The notes under the pieces are model-generated. The model had not been told where the DNA came from and made no database searches. It worked only from the letters and a program-made list of their open reading frames with translations. From an uncultured bacterium (GTDB lineage: Bacteria > Sysuimicrobiota > Sysuimicrobiia > Sysuimicrobiales > Sysuimicrobiaceae): DNA of 64,000 nt. The stretch covers positions 4,759 to 68,758 of the forward strand of contig CALIMJ010000006.1 of the NCBI GenBank assembly GCA_938028835.1, given 5' to 3'. Made by a program: the position numbers and the translations under genes. Each line of letters begins with the position of its first letter. Position 1 is the first letter of the stretch. Below, piece after piece: positions 41,103 through 51,282 of the stretch.

Positions 41103-41657
41103 TCATGGCGGTGCCGTCCACGACACCGGAACTTCCCTCAGGCGGCCTTCAGCGTCCCAGTACCGGAGGTAGCCGTTCTCTCGGCCGAACCGGTACAGCT
41201 CCCACGTCAGCTCCACGTCCTGACGGCAGTACTCCACCACACGGTCCACCCAACCACGCCGCCACCACCGCAGCGCCTCCCACCCGTCCGCGGACTTCCC
41301 CCGGCCGAGCGTGGCGAGCGCCAGGTGGTGCAGCCCCACCCGGCGGCGCAGGCTCCTGCGCACCTCCTCCAGGATGTCCACGGTGGGTAGTTCGTGGACG
41401 GAGGGCCCTCCGTACCGCTCCAGCACCAGGTAGTCGAAGGACCGTACCGCGAACCCGACCACCAGCTGCGCCTCCCGCAGCTCCGCCACCAGGCGTTCCG
41501 CCTCGCTTTCCAAGTACGCCCGGTACGTGGCCGACAGCGCGTGGAAGACCACTGCCACCGCAAGCCGCGGCGCCCTCCACACACCTGCGCCGTCCTCCCG
41601 CTCCCAATCGCGGGTTTCCACGTCCAACACGACCAGCCCACCGCTCACGACCGACAC
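41103..41657 (-). CDS. RNase H-like (YprB/DEDD-type) exonuclease domain protein
   Basis: VVLDVET, VVGF..RSFD, TLGRGKS..G, YCRQDVELT. Confidence 0.7.
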   Translation of the reverse strand: MSVVSGGLVVLDVETRDWEREDGAGVWRAPRLAVAVVFHALSATYRAYLESEAERLVAELREAQLVVGFAVRSFDYLVLERYGGPSVHELPTVDILEEVRRSLRRRVGLHHLALATLGRGKSADGWEALRWWRRGWVDRVVEYCRQDVELTWELYRFGRENGYLRYWDAEGRLREVPVSWTAPP

Positions 41658-41699
41658 TGCCCCCTCGACCTATTCCCCACGTTGCCAGACACGCCACAG

Positions 41700-42000
41700 A
41701 CGAACCCCGAACCGTAGACTGGTGCGTTGAGCAGCCCCGGTCCGAGTCGTGCACCAGGCCGGGTGCAGGCTTCCGCCGCCACAGGGCCATCTCCAGGGCG
41801 TCTGTCACCAGCTCCGCCCGGGCGTCATTCCGCATCTCGCAGCCCACCACAGCCCGGCTCCAGCTGATCCAGCACCACCCCCAGATACAGCCAGCCCTCC
41901 CCCGTGGGAATCTGCTTCACGTCCGCCACCCACAGCCCATCCGGCCCTGCGGCCCGGAACTGCCGTCTCACCGCCTCCGGGCCAGTGCACCGATTCCTCC
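41700..42000 (-). mobile_element. Degraded IS3-family transposase (rve core) fragment
   Basis: Frameshifted pieces RRQFRAAGPDGLWVADVKQIPTGEGWLYLGVVLD and VVGCEM...AELVTDALEMALWRRKPAPGLVHDSDRG. Confidence 0.8.
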
Positions 42001-42110
42001 CGAGGCTCTTGCCTCTCCGTCTCAGGGTATCCACGAAACCCTGGGAAGACCACCTGCGTGCCCCCCGGACGTCTCCAGCACCGGCCCCGGTACGCTACAA
42101 TGCCCGTGAG

Positions 42111-43289
42111 ATGCCCTTCACCGTGAAAGACTTCCAGAGCCTGCTCCGGCTGCTGGACCGGCAGCCTCAGTGGAAGGACGCCCTCCGGGCAAGCCTGCTG
42201 GGCGAGGAGTTCCTCGAGCTCCCCAGTCTGGTCCGCAGCCTCCTCCAGGCCCAGCGGGCTGCGCAGCGGGAGCTCCGCGCCCTCGCGGACTCCCACCGCC
42301 AGACTCAGCAGGAGCTCCGGGCGCTGGCCGAGGCCCAGACGCGTCTTGCGGAAGCCCAGGCCGGCACCGACCAGCGCGTCGCCAGACTCGAGGAGGCCGT
42401 CGCGCGCCTCACGGAAGCCCAACAGCGCAGCGACGAGCGGGGAGCCCGCCTCGAGCAGGCTCTCGCACGTCTCGCGGAAGCCCAGGCCGGCACCGACCAG
42501 CGCGTCGCCAGACTCGAGGAGGCCGTCGCACGCCTCACAGAAGCCCAACAGCGCAGCGACGAGCGGGGAGCCCGCCTCGAGCAGGCTCTCGCACGTCTCG
42601 CGGAAGCCCAGGCCGGCACCGACCAGCGCGTCGCCAGACTCGAGGAGGCCGTCGCGCGCCTCACAGAAGCCCAACAGCGCAGCGACGAGCGGGGAGCCCG
42701 CCTCGAGCAGGCCCTCGCACGTCTCGGGGAAGCCCAGGCCGGCACCGACCAGCGCGTCGCCAGACTCGAGGAGGCCGTCGCACGCCTCACGGAAGCCCAA
42801 CAGCGCAGCGACGAGCGGGGAGCCCGCCTCGAGCAGGCTCTCGCACGTCTCGCGGAAGCCCAGGCCCGGCTGGAGGAACGCATGGGGGAACTCGCCACCC
42901 AGGTGGGCAGACTGTCCGACGCCCTGGGCTTCAGCCTCGAAGAGCTCGCCCGGGAGCTGGCGCCCGCATACTTCGAAAAACACCACGGCATCCGCGTACC
43001 CTCGTTCCAGCGGCGCTTTTTCACCGTGGACGCAGAGGACGTCGAGGTGGACTTCTACGGGGAAGGGACACGCGACGGCGAGGCAGTGGTGGTCGTGGGG
43101 GAGGTCCGCAGCCGCATTTACGGTCGAGACATAGAGGCTCTGCTCCGGAAGGTCCAGCTACTTTCCCCTCTGCTTCCGGCCCCTCCCCTGCCCGTCCTCT
43201 TCGGCTTTGTCATCCACCCCTCCGCGGCCCAGCTGGCAGCTCAAAAAGGCGTGCTCGTCTTCACCCCCGTCGGCCCGCACCGCTTCTAA
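42111..43289 (+). CDS. Heptad-repeat coiled-coil protein with C-terminal PD-(D/E)xK-like domain
   Basis: ATG 42111 just after TACAAT (42096-42101). N-terminal MPFTVKDFQSLLRLLD, repeat core, C-terminal EVDFYG...VVGEVRSR. Confidence 0.75.
   Translation: MPFTVKDFQSLLRLLDRQPQWKDALRASLLGEEFLELPSLVRSLLQAQRAAQRELRALADSHRQTQQELRALAEAQTRLAEAQAGTDQRVARLEEAVARLTEAQQRSDERGARLEQALARLAEAQAGTDQRVARLEEAVARLTEAQQRSDERGARLEQALARLAEAQAGTDQRVARLEEAVARLTEAQQRSDERGARLEQALARLGEAQAGTDQRVARLEEAVARLTEAQQRSDERGARLEQALARLAEAQARLEERMGELATQVGRLSDALGFSLEELARELAPAYFEKHHGIRVPSFQRRFFTVDAEDVEVDFYGEGTRDGEAVVVVGEVRSRIYGRDIEALLRKVQLLSPLLPAPPLPVLFGFVIHPSAAQLAAQKGVLVFTPVGPHRF
42342..42866 (+). repeat. Intragenic tandem repeat, 126-bp unit, about 4.2 copies
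   Basis: GAAGCCCAGGCC recurs at 42351, 42477, 42603, 42729 and 42855. Units are nearly identical and encode 42 aa (6 heptads). Confidence 0.95.
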
Positions 43290-44090
43290 AGACCGCCCCG
43301 TCGGGCCACCCTCCCCGCCTCGCGTCTGTCCCAGCAGCCGGCGCAGGATCAGGGCGTTACGCACCGCGTGGCCGGCCACGTCGTTGTTGAAGAACACGTA
43401 GCCTTCCCGGCCCGCGGCCAGCTGCCCGGATACCCAGCGGGCATCCGCCCGCAGGCTGCTGAGCGGGTAGCAGCCGGAGTACGCGTCCCCGGGCCCGTGG
43501 CGCCGCAGGTACCACCAGCCCGCCGTGTCTGGCACCCGTACCACCGGCCGGCCCACCCGCCGCGGCCGCATGCCGGGAGGGAGGACCTGGAAGGGCCAGT
43601 CCGCGCAGACCACCGCCGCCCCGTACTCTCCCAGCAGCTCGTACACGGGTTCCGCAAACCATGAAGCGTCCCGGAACTCGAAGGCGTGCAGCACCGTCCT
43701 CGGCAACGCCGAGAGGAAAGCGCGCAGGCGCTGCAGGTCGGCCCGGAAGCGCGGCGGGAGCTGCCAGAGCACGCACCGCAGCCGGTCCCCGAGCGGCCGG
43801 CAGGCGTCCATCAGCACCCGCAGGGGCTCCCGTGGGTCGCGCAGCCGTCGCACGTGGGTCAGGTAGCGGCTCCCTTTGACCACGAAGGCGAAGTCCCGCG
43901 GGGCGCGGCGGGCCCAGCCCTCGAAGGTCTTCGACGCGGGCAGGCGGTAGAAGGTCACGTTCAGCTCCACCGCGTCGAACACTTCCGCGTACCGCTCGAA
44001 CCACCGGGAAGACGGCAGGTCCTCCGGGTACAGCACACCCACCCAGTGGGGGTAGGTGTAGCCGGAGGTCCCCACCCACGCCCGCGCCAC
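43158..44090 (-). CDS. DUF72 (YecE-like) protein
   Basis: VGTSGYTYPHW, VELNVTFYRLP, LWQLPP, EFRDASW, YVFFNND. The C-terminal tail overlaps the convergent gene by about 130 bp. Confidence 0.85.
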   Translation of the reverse strand: MARAWVGTSGYTYPHWVGVLYPEDLPSSRWFERYAEVFDAVELNVTFYRLPASKTFEGWARRAPRDFAFVVKGSRYLTHVRRLRDPREPLRVLMDACRPLGDRLRCVLWQLPPRFRADLQRLRAFLSALPRTVLHAFEFRDASWFAEPVYELLGEYGAAVVCADWPFQVLPPGMRPRRVGRPVVRVPDTAGWWYLRRHGPGDAYSGCYPLSSLRADARWVSGQLAAGREGYVFFNNDVAGHAVRNALILRRLLGQTRGGEGGPTGRSLEAVRADGGEDEHAFLSCQLGRGGVDDKAEEDGQGRGRKQRGK

Positions 44091-44104
44091 GGCAGCCTCC
44101 GGGG

Positions 44105-45328
44105 TCAGTCCAGCCGCACGCGCGCGAACCGCCGCCGGCCCACCCGCACTACCAGCCCCGGGCGCACCTCGACCCGTTCCTCGGCGTCGGTGACCCTCCT
44201 GCCGTCCACGCTGACGCCGCCCTGGGCCACCAGCCGCCTCGCCTCGCTGTTGGAGACGACCAGCCGCACCAGCCGCAGCAGGCGCACGATGCCCACGCGG
44301 CCGTCCGGGTCTAGGTCTTCTGCCCTCACGCGCACCTCCGGAATTTCCGAGGGCAGCTCCTCCCGCGCGAAGACCCGGTCGAACTCCTCCTCCGCGGCCC
44401 GGGCGGCTTCTGGCCCGTGCCAGACCGCCACGATCTCCCGGGCCAGGCGCCGTTTGACGTCCCGAGGGTGCAGCCGGCCAGCCCGCAGCCCCTCGTCGAT
44501 CGCCCGCACCTCCTCCATGGGAACTTCCGTACACAGCTCGAAGTAGGTGACCATGAGGGGGTCGGGCAGGGACATCACCTTCCCGTACATCTCCTGGGGC
44601 GGCTCGTTGATCCCAATGTAGTTGCCCAGCGACTTGCTCATCTTCTCCACGCCGTCCAGGCCGGGCAACAGGGGAGTCAGCAGCACCACCTGCGGGGGCT
44701 GGCCGAACTCCCGTTGCAGGTCGCGGCCCATCAGGTTGTTGAACTTCTGATCGGTCCCGCCCAACTCCACGTCCGCTTCCAGGGCCACCGAGTCGTAGGC
44801 CTGGCACAGGGGGTACAGCAGCTCGTGCAGGCCGATGGGGCTGCCTTCCTTCCAGCGCGCGGTGAAGTCGTCCCGCTCCAGGATGCGGGCCACGGTGGTC
44901 TTGCTGCACAGCCGCACCACGTCCGCAAAGCTCAGCGACCCCAGCCACTGGCTGTTGAAGGTCACCCGCGTGCGCTCGGGGTCCAGGATTCGGCTGTACT
45001 GCTCCCGGTAGGTGGCCGCGTTGCGCTCCACCTCCTCCCGGGTCAGCATGGGGCGGGTCTGCTTCTTGCCCGTGGGGTCGCCGATGAGCGCGGTGAAGTC
45101 CCCGATCACCAGGATGGCCTCGTGACCCAGGTCCTGGAACTGCCGGAGCTTGCGCAGCACCACCGCGAAGCCGATGTGGATGTCGGGCGCGGTGGGGTCC
45201 AGACCCAGCTTCACGCGGAGCGGCCGGCCCTCCTGTAGCTTGGCCAGCAGCTCCTCCTCCGTGATGATCTCCGCGGCGCCGCGCCGCAGCAGCTCCAGCT
45301 GTCGTTCGGGTGGAAGGAACGGGGTCAT
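44105..45328 (-). CDS. tyrS: Tyrosine--tRNA ligase
   Basis: [27 protein letters not shown]-terminal S4 domain. Confidence 0.95.
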   Translation of the reverse strand: MTPFLPPERQLELLRRGAAEIITEEELLAKLQEGRPLRVKLGLDPTAPDIHIGFAVVLRKLRQFQDLGHEAILVIGDFTALIGDPTGKKQTRPMLTREEVERNAATYREQYSRILDPERTRVTFNSQWLGSLSFADVVRLCSKTTVARILERDDFTARWKEGSPIGLHELLYPLCQAYDSVALEADVELGGTDQKFNNLMGRDLQREFGQPPQVVLLTPLLPGLDGVEKMSKSLGNYIGINEPPQEMYGKVMSLPDPLMVTYFELCTEVPMEEVRAIDEGLRAGRLHPRDVKRRLAREIVAVWHGPEAARAAEEEFDRVFAREELPSEIPEVRVRAEDLDPDGRVGIVRLLRLVRLVVSNSEARRLVAQGGVSVDGRRVTDAEERVEVRPGLVVRVGRRRFARVRLD

Positions 45329-45350
45329 CCTCTACGCACCGCCCGCACCG

Positions 45351-46454
45351 TCAGGGTATCGAGAACAGCAGCTCCAACGCGGACCGTTGGACCTCCACGC
45401 CCAGGCCGGGACCCGGGGGCAGGGTGCCCTGGCCGGCCTCGCTGCGCGGGAGCCCACCCGCCACGTGCTCCAGGTTCCAGTCGTTCATGAAGGAGGCCGC
45501 CAGCAGGGAGCGCGGCGGCGTGCTGGCCGCCACGTGGGCGGTGGCCGCGGTCGCGAGATCCCCGCCCCAGGTGTCCTCCACCACCACTTGCAGCCCCAGC
45601 GCCACCGCCAGGTCCCGCAGGACGCGCCCGGCCGCCAGCCCGCCCACGCGGCTGATTTTCAGGTTGACCGCCGCGGCTTGCCCCTCCTGCGCCGCCCGCA
45701 CCAGACTGCGCACGTCCGTCACCACCTCGTCGTACACCATGGGGAGGGTGGTGCGCGCCCGCACGGTCAGGCACTCCTCCAGGCTCGCACAGGGCTGCTC
45801 CAGCAGCACCTGCGGGTAGCGTTCCAGCAGGCGGGCAGCCACCACCGCCTGCTGGACGGTGTAGCCTCCGTTGGCGTCGGCCAGGATCCAGCAGGACGAC
45901 CCCACCGCCTCGGCCACCGCGGCCACGCGGTCTGAGTCCGCAAACGGATCGGTGCCCAGCTTCAGCTGGAACACCCCCACGCCCTGCGCGCGGTGGCGTG
46001 CCGCGAAGTCCGCCATGGCCTCCGCGGGTCCGAGGGGTACCGCCACGTACAGGGGGAAGCGCTCCCGGTACGCGCCACCCAGCAGCGCCGCCACCGGCAG
46101 CCCCGCCGATTTGCCCAGCAGGTCCCAGCACGCCACGTCCACCACGCTCTTGGCGTAGGGGTGGCCTGCCAGGGCGGCGTCCATGCGGGCGTGGACATCT
46201 GCCAGGTTCCCTGGGTCCGCGCCCACCACCGCGGGCGCCAGCTCCCGCAAGGCGGCCCGCGCGCCGCCCGCGAAGGCGGGCAGGTACGTGCTGCCCAGCG
46301 GACACACCTCGCCCCAGCCGTCCACACCCTCGTCCGCCACCAACCTCACCACGGTACTGGGCAGGCGTTCCACCGCGCGGCCGCCCGACATGACGTAGCG
46401 ACCGTGGGCGTAGGTGAGCTCGTACCCGTACACCTCCACCGCTCGGACCCGCAC
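45351..46454 (-). CDS. Mandelate racemase/enolase-superfamily enzyme (hydroxyproline-betaine epimerase/dehydratase-like)
   Basis: GWGEVCPLGSTYLPA, QLKLG, ADANGG, EQPC, DE, NLKISRVGGL, EDTWGGD. Confidence 0.7.
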   Translation of the reverse strand: MRVRAVEVYGYELTYAHGRYVMSGGRAVERLPSTVVRLVADEGVDGWGEVCPLGSTYLPAFAGGARAALRELAPAVVGADPGNLADVHARMDAALAGHPYAKSVVDVACWDLLGKSAGLPVAALLGGAYRERFPLYVAVPLGPAEAMADFAARHRAQGVGVFQLKLGTDPFADSDRVAAVAEAVGSSCWILADANGGYTVQQAVVAARLLERYPQVLLEQPCASLEECLTVRARTTLPMVYDEVVTDVRSLVRAAQEGQAAAVNLKISRVGGLAAGRVLRDLAVALGLQVVVEDTWGGDLATAATAHVAASTPPRSLLAASFMNDWNLEHVAGGLPRSEAGQGTLPPGPGLGVEVQRSALELLFSIP

Positions 46455-46491
46455 CGCCACCTCCTGACGCGAAATTTCGAGGCCGACCCGG

Positions 46492-47361
46492 CTACCCGGG
46501 GTGTGCCACCACGGGATTCCGCAGGACGCCCACCCCCTCCACCTCCGCCTCCACCACATCCCCGGGGGCCAGGGGGCCCACGCCCGCGGGAGTCCCGGTG
46601 GCGATCACGTCCCCCGGCTCCAGGGACATGTAGCGGCTCACGTACTCGATGATGCGCGGCACGGACAGGATCATGTCGGCGGTGGAGGCGTCCTGCCGCA
46701 CCTGCCCGTTCACCCGCAACCTCACCCGCACGCGGTCGGGGTCCGGCAGGGAGCGCGGGGTGACCAGCACGGGACCCAGGGGACAGAAGGTGTCGAAGCT
46801 CTTGGCCCGGTCAAAGGGCCTGCCGCGCTGGATGTCCTCCCGCTGCAGGTCCCGGGCGGTGACGTCGTTCAGCACCGTGTAGCCGCCCACCAGGTCCAGG
46901 GCGTGCTCCGCGGGCACCCGCACGCCCCGGCGGGCGATCACCACCGCCAGCTCCACCTCGTGGTGCACCTCCCGGCTTTCCGGCGGGATCACGATGGCCT
47001 CCTCCGGCCCCACGATGGAGCTCGGCGCCTTGAAGAAGATGGGCGGGTCCTCCGTGGCCTCGTTGCCCAGCTCCCGCGCGTGCTCCACGTAGTTGCGGCC
47101 CAGCGCGACGATCTTCGGGGGGTGCGGCAGCGGGGCGAGGAAGGTCAGCTCCGAGAGGGGTCGTACCTGTGACCCCAGATCCAGGCCCTCGGGGACCTGG
47201 TGCGCTTCCAGCCGCTCCACCAGCTCCTCCATGCGGTCCACCACGTCCCGGCGACCGAGAAGCTGCGGGATGCTGCGAACCCCGTCCAGCAGCACCGCGT
47301 GGTGGGCCAGCACGATGGCCACCGCCTCCTGGTCCTTGTACCGAACCCTCGCAAGCCGCAT
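46492..47361 (-). CDS. Fumarylacetoacetate hydrolase family protein
   Basis: GRNYVEHARE, HHEVELAVVI, NDVTARDLQ, KSFDTFCPLGP, GDVIATGTPAGVG. Confidence 0.9.
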   Translation of the reverse strand: MRLARVRYKDQEAVAIVLAHHAVLLDGVRSIPQLLGRRDVVDRMEELVERLEAHQVPEGLDLGSQVRPLSELTFLAPLPHPPKIVALGRNYVEHARELGNEATEDPPIFFKAPSSIVGPEEAIVIPPESREVHHEVELAVVIARRGVRVPAEHALDLVGGYTVLNDVTARDLQREDIQRGRPFDRAKSFDTFCPLGPVLVTPRSLPDPDRVRVRLRVNGQVRQDASTADMILSVPRIIEYVSRYMSLEPGDVIATGTPAGVGPLAPGDVVEAEVEGVGVLRNPVVAHPG

Positions 47362-47372
47362 GCGCCCCTCCC

Positions 47373-49706
47373 TCACTGGGTGAACTCCACCACCGTGACC
47401 CCGTCGCCGCCTTCCTCCGGGGCCGCCAGGGAGAACCGGACGCCGGGGAAGCCCCGCAGCGCCTCGTGCACCGCCCGTCGCAGCGCTCCCGTGCCCTTGC
47501 CGTGCACCACCACCACCCGCGGCAACCCGGCCAGCAGCGCGTCATCCAGGTACTTCTCCAGCTGGGCCACCGCCTCGTCCGAGGTGAGGCCACGCAGGTC
47601 CAGCTTCGGCGACACCCGGGGCGCCTCCGACCACGCCCTCCGTGTCCCCCGCGAACCCGCCGCACTCGCCACCGGGGCCCGCAGCTCCTCCCGCGGCACC
47701 CGGACTTTCGCGGAACCCACCTGCACCTCCGCATGTTCGTCCGACAGCCCCACCACCACCCCGTCCGCGCCCAGGGAAGCCACCCGCACCGCCTGGCCCA
47801 CCGCCACTTCCTCGAGGGGCGGGCCCGGGGCCGCGCGGCGGACCTCTTCCAGGACCTGCGCGAGGGCTGCCAGCTTGCGGCGCGCCTCCTCCGCGGCCCG
47901 CTCCCGACGCTCGGTGCGCAGCGCCTGCAACAGCGCCTCGACCTCCTGGCGGGCGCGCTCCACCACGCGCCGCGCGTCCTCCCGCGCGCGGTCCAGCAGG
48001 CGCTGCCGATCCTCCTCCAGGCGCCGCAGGCGGTCCTCGTAACGGGCCCGCAGGGCCTCCAGCTCCGCCCGCAGCCGCTCCGCCTCCTGTCGGTCCAGCT
48101 CCGCGGCGCGCCGCTGGCGCTCCATCCCCTCCAGCACCAGATCCGCCTCCCGGACGTCGCGGGCCAGGTACGAACGGGCGCGCTCCACCACCGCCTGCTC
48201 CAGGCCCAACCGGGCCGCGATCACCAGCGCGTTGCTGCGGCCGGGCGTGCCGATCCGCAGCCGGTACGTGGGCTGCAGGGTCTCCGAGTCGAACTCCACC
48301 GAAGCGTTCTCCACCCCGTCTAGCCGGTAGGCCAGGGCCTTGAGCTCTCCGTAGTGGGTGGTGACCACGGTACAGGCACCCCGCTCGTGCAGCGTCTCCA
48401 CCACCGCCCGCGCCAGCGCACAGCCCTCCGCGGGGTCGGTGCCCGCTCCCACCTCGTCCAGCAGCACCAGCCAGCCGGGCCCGGCGCGCCGGACCACCTC
48501 CACCACCGCCCGCATGTGGGAGGAGAAGGTGGACAGGTTCTGCTGGATGCTCTGCTCGTCGCCGATGTCGGCGAACACCGCGGCAAAGCAGCCGGCCCGG
48601 CTACCGTCCGCCGCGGGGATGGGCAGGCCGCACTGGGCCATGAGGGTCAGCAGCCCTACCGTCTTCAGGGTGACGGTCTTGCCGCCGGTGTTGGGCCCCG
48701 TGATCACCAGGGTGCGGAAGTCCTCGCCCAGACGCACGTCCACGGGGACCACGGGACTGCCGTCCCGGCGCGACCGCTCCACCAGAAGGGGGTGGCGGGC
48801 GGAGCGGAAGTCCAGCAGGGGACCGCGGACCAGCACCGGACGGCAGGCGTCCAGTTCTTCCGCCAGCGCCGCCTTGGCCAGGGCGAAGTCCAGCCGCCCC
48901 AGGATCGCGGCCAGTCGCTCCCACTCGGCCCTGCGGATTCCCACCTCTGCGGACAGCTCTGCGAGGACCCGTTCCACCTCGCGGGCTTCCTGGCCCTGCA
49001 GCTGGCGCAGCCGGTTGCCCAGCTGCAGGACCACCAGCGGCTCCATGAACACGGTGGCGCCGGTGGCGGACTGGTCGTGCACCACGCCGGGGAACTGGCC
49101 CGCGTACGCCTGCTTGACGGGCACCACGTACCGGTCGCCCCGCACCGTCACGATGGGGTCCTGCAGCATGCGGGCCCAGCGCGGGGAGCGGACGATCTGT
49201 TCCAGCTGGCTGCGCAGCCGGTCCTGCGTGGCGCGGATCTCCCTCCGCAGGCGGGTCAGGTCCGGGCTGGCGCCGTCCAGCACCTGTCCGTCCTCGCCCA
49301 GCGAGCGCTCCAGCCGCGCCTCCAGGGGTTCGAAGGTGGGCAGGTCACGGACCAGAGCCGCCAGCAGGGGCAGGCGCTCCGCGCGGGAGGCCACCGCGGC
49401 CTTCGCCAGGCGGCCTGCCCGGGCCGCGCGCCACAGGTCCACCAGGGCCCTGGAATCCAGGCTCCCGCCCAGAGCCGCGCGCTGTACCGAGGGGCGGAAG
49501 TCCACCACGCCCCGCAGGTTCACTCGGCCTTCCCGCCACAGCAGCCGGGCCTCCGCGGTCTCCTGCTGCAGCTCCTCCACGCGGGCGAAGTCCACCTCCG
49601 GACTGAGGCGCTGGGCCAGCTCCTCGCCCAGTGGGGTGGCGCACAGGTCGCGCAGGCGCCTGCGCACCCAGTCGAACTCCAGGACCCTCAGGGTACGCTC
49701 GTCCAC
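47373..49706 (-). CDS. mutS2: Endonuclease MutS2
   Basis: RVLEF start, ITGPNTGGKT, DIGDEQS, DEVGAGTDP, C-terminal Smr (LDLRG...HGKGTG). Confidence 0.93.
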   Translation of the reverse strand: MDERTLRVLEFDWVRRRLRDLCATPLGEELAQRLSPEVDFARVEELQQETAEARLLWREGRVNLRGVVDFRPSVQRAALGGSLDSRALVDLWRAARAGRLAKAAVASRAERLPLLAALVRDLPTFEPLEARLERSLGEDGQVLDGASPDLTRLRREIRATQDRLRSQLEQIVRSPRWARMLQDPIVTVRGDRYVVPVKQAYAGQFPGVVHDQSATGATVFMEPLVVLQLGNRLRQLQGQEAREVERVLAELSAEVGIRRAEWERLAAILGRLDFALAKAALAEELDACRPVLVRGPLLDFRSARHPLLVERSRRDGSPVVPVDVRLGEDFRTLVITGPNTGGKTVTLKTVGLLTLMAQCGLPIPAADGSRAGCFAAVFADIGDEQSIQQNLSTFSSHMRAVVEVVRRAGPGWLVLLDEVGAGTDPAEGCALARAVVETLHERGACTVVTTHYGELKALAYRLDGVENASVEFDSETLQPTYRLRIGTPGRSNALVIAARLGLEQAVVERARSYLARDVREADLVLEGMERQRRAAELDRQEAERLRAELEALRARYEDRLRRLEEDRQRLLDRAREDARRVVERARQEVEALLQALRTERRERAAEEARRKLAALAQVLEEVRRAAPGPPLEEVAVGQAVRVASLGADGVVVGLSDEHAEVQVGSAKVRVPREELRAPVASAAGSRGTRRAWSEAPRVSPKLDLRGLTSDEAVAQLEKYLDDALLAGLPRVVVVHGKGTGALRRAVHEALRGFPGVRFSLAAPEEGGDGVTVVEFTQ

Positions 49707-49708
49707 GC

Positions 49709-50656
49709 CTACAGGATAGCGGAATCCGGTCCGGCTCCACGGAACGGACGGCCCGCGAGCAGTTCCTCCAGCGCGGGCGCGACGTCCGCCAGGGTTTTGC
49801 ACCGGGCGGCCACCGCGTGCGCACGACAACCGGCCAGGATCAGGGGGACCGGGTTGGTGGTGTGGCCGCCGTCCGGGGACTCCACCCCGCCGTGGTCGCT
49901 GGTCAGCACCAGCAGCTGATCTTCGAGGTCCAGCCGGTCCAGGGCCGCGCCCAGGGCCCGGTCCAGCTGCTCCAGCACCACGGGTACGGGAGCCGGCCAA
50001 CGGCCGTGGGCCGCCAGGTCCAGGGCGAAGAACTCGAACGCGGTAAACGCGTAGCGCGAAGCCAACGCCGCGAGCCGACGGCCGGCCTCCTCCGGCGCCA
50101 CCACGTCCACGGGATACCCGCGGGCGGCAAGTCCCTCCCCTGTGAGGTCTGCGGCTACCGCGCGGCCGGCTCGCAGGTGCTCCAGGTCCCGCAGCGGGAC
50201 CCCCGCGGACCGGGCGGCCAGCACGAACGCACCGCGAGGCCGGCGCCGGTCCTCCAGGTAAGCCCGAGGGTAGGCGTTGGCCAGGGCCACGGGCAGGCCG
50301 CGCGCCCGCAGCCGGCGGAACAGGTTGCGGCCTCGCAGCACCGCCCGCAGCCGTGCGGTGGGGAAGGCGGGAACGTGGCGGCCCTCCAGCGCCGCGGCGT
50401 TGCAGCCCGCCAGCAGGGCCACCTGGCCGGTGCCGCTCTGCGGCCGGCCTGGCACCCCCAGGGTGGCGTCCAGGGCCACCGCCGCGCACCGCCCGTCCTG
50501 AACCGGGAAGGACGTCGCGCACAGCGGGCCACCCAGCAACCGCCGCAGGGTGGGGGTGGCGGCGCGCAGCAGAGGGTTGGCGTCCCCACACGGCCCCAGG
50601 CCCAGGCCGTCCACGAACCAGAACAGCACCCGGGGCACCACGCCCTTCCGCCCCAT
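49709..50656 (-). CDS. Alkaline-phosphatase/iPGM-superfamily metalloenzyme
   Basis: FVDGLGLG, PQSGTGQ, DLAAH, TSDHG, HTTNPVP metal-binding motifs. Confidence 0.7.
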   Translation of the reverse strand: MGRKGVVPRVLFWFVDGLGLGPCGDANPLLRAATPTLRRLLGGPLCATSFPVQDGRCAAVALDATLGVPGRPQSGTGQVALLAGCNAAALEGRHVPAFPTARLRAVLRGRNLFRRLRARGLPVALANAYPRAYLEDRRRPRGAFVLAARSAGVPLRDLEHLRAGRAVAADLTGEGLAARGYPVDVVAPEEAGRRLAALASRYAFTAFEFFALDLAAHGRWPAPVPVVLEQLDRALGAALDRLDLEDQLLVLTSDHGGVESPDGGHTTNPVPLILAGCRAHAVAARCKTLADVAPALEELLAGRPFRGAGPDSAIL

Positions 50657-51282
50657 CACCGCGACACGAAGGGGCTTTGGGGGTCGAAGAACCGCCAGGG
50701 CCGGTCCGCGGCGCGCCGGATGCCGATGCGGGGCGAGGTGGCCACCCGCGCGGGCGGCTGCCCGGCTGCCAGGTACAGGGGCCCGGGCTGGGTCAGGTCC
50801 CACCCGTTGAAGCGTCGGTCCACGGCCAGGGCCTTCGTGAGTCTGCCCGGCCCCCGCAGCAGCTGGCGGACGTCGTGGGTGCCGCGCAGCTTTTGCATCA
50901 CCTCCAGGCCCTCCAGGGGTTCTGCCGCCCGCAGCAGCACCGCGCCCGCCACCCCCTCGGGCTCGGCCACCACGTTCATGCAGTAGTGGTTCCCGTACGA
51001 GAAGTACACGTACGCCCGGCCGGGCGGGCCCCACATGATGGCGCTACGCGGGGTGCGCCGGTACGCGTGGCTGGCGGGGTCCGCTGGGCCCAGGTAGGCC
51101 TCCACTTCCACGAGCCTCGCCACCAGCACCACAGGACCCTCCGCCCCTCCGGGCACCTCCTGGGGCTCCAACACCCTCACCAGCCGGCAGCCCAAAAGCT
51201 CGCGCGCCACCTGCAGGGTGGGCCGCTCGAAAAACGAGCGCGGTAGAGGAGGAGCGAAGGCCGGGTGGACCTGGGGCCTCAT
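50656..51282 (-). CDS. mpg: DNA-3-methyladenine glycosylase (MPG/AAG)
   Basis: EVEAYLG, YVYFSYGNHYCMNVV, AVLLRA, GPGRL, PRIGI. Confidence 0.92.
   Translation of the reverse strand: MRPQVHPAFAPPLPRSFFERPTLQVARELLGCRLVRVLEPQEVPGGAEGPVVLVARLVEVEAYLGPADPASHAYRRTPRSAIMWGPPGRAYVYFSYGNHYCMNVVAEPEGVAGAVLLRAAEPLEGLEVMQKLRGTHDVRQLLRGPGRLTKALAVDRRFNGWDLTQPGPLYLAAGQPPARVATSPRIGIRRAADRPWRFFDPQSPFVSR

Noticed and set aside
42342-42866. Possible CRISPR array
   Set aside because: The units are contiguous 126-bp in-frame coding repeats with no unique spacers, and no cas genes are nearby.
43158-43289. Functional overlapping coding between DUF72 and the repeat protein
   Set aside because: The DUF72 domain ends before the overlap; the tail looks like simple stop-codon loss.
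47373-50591. 1072-aa extended MutS2
   Set aside because: Homology begins at GTG 49706; the upstream part overlaps the metalloenzyme gene in another frame.
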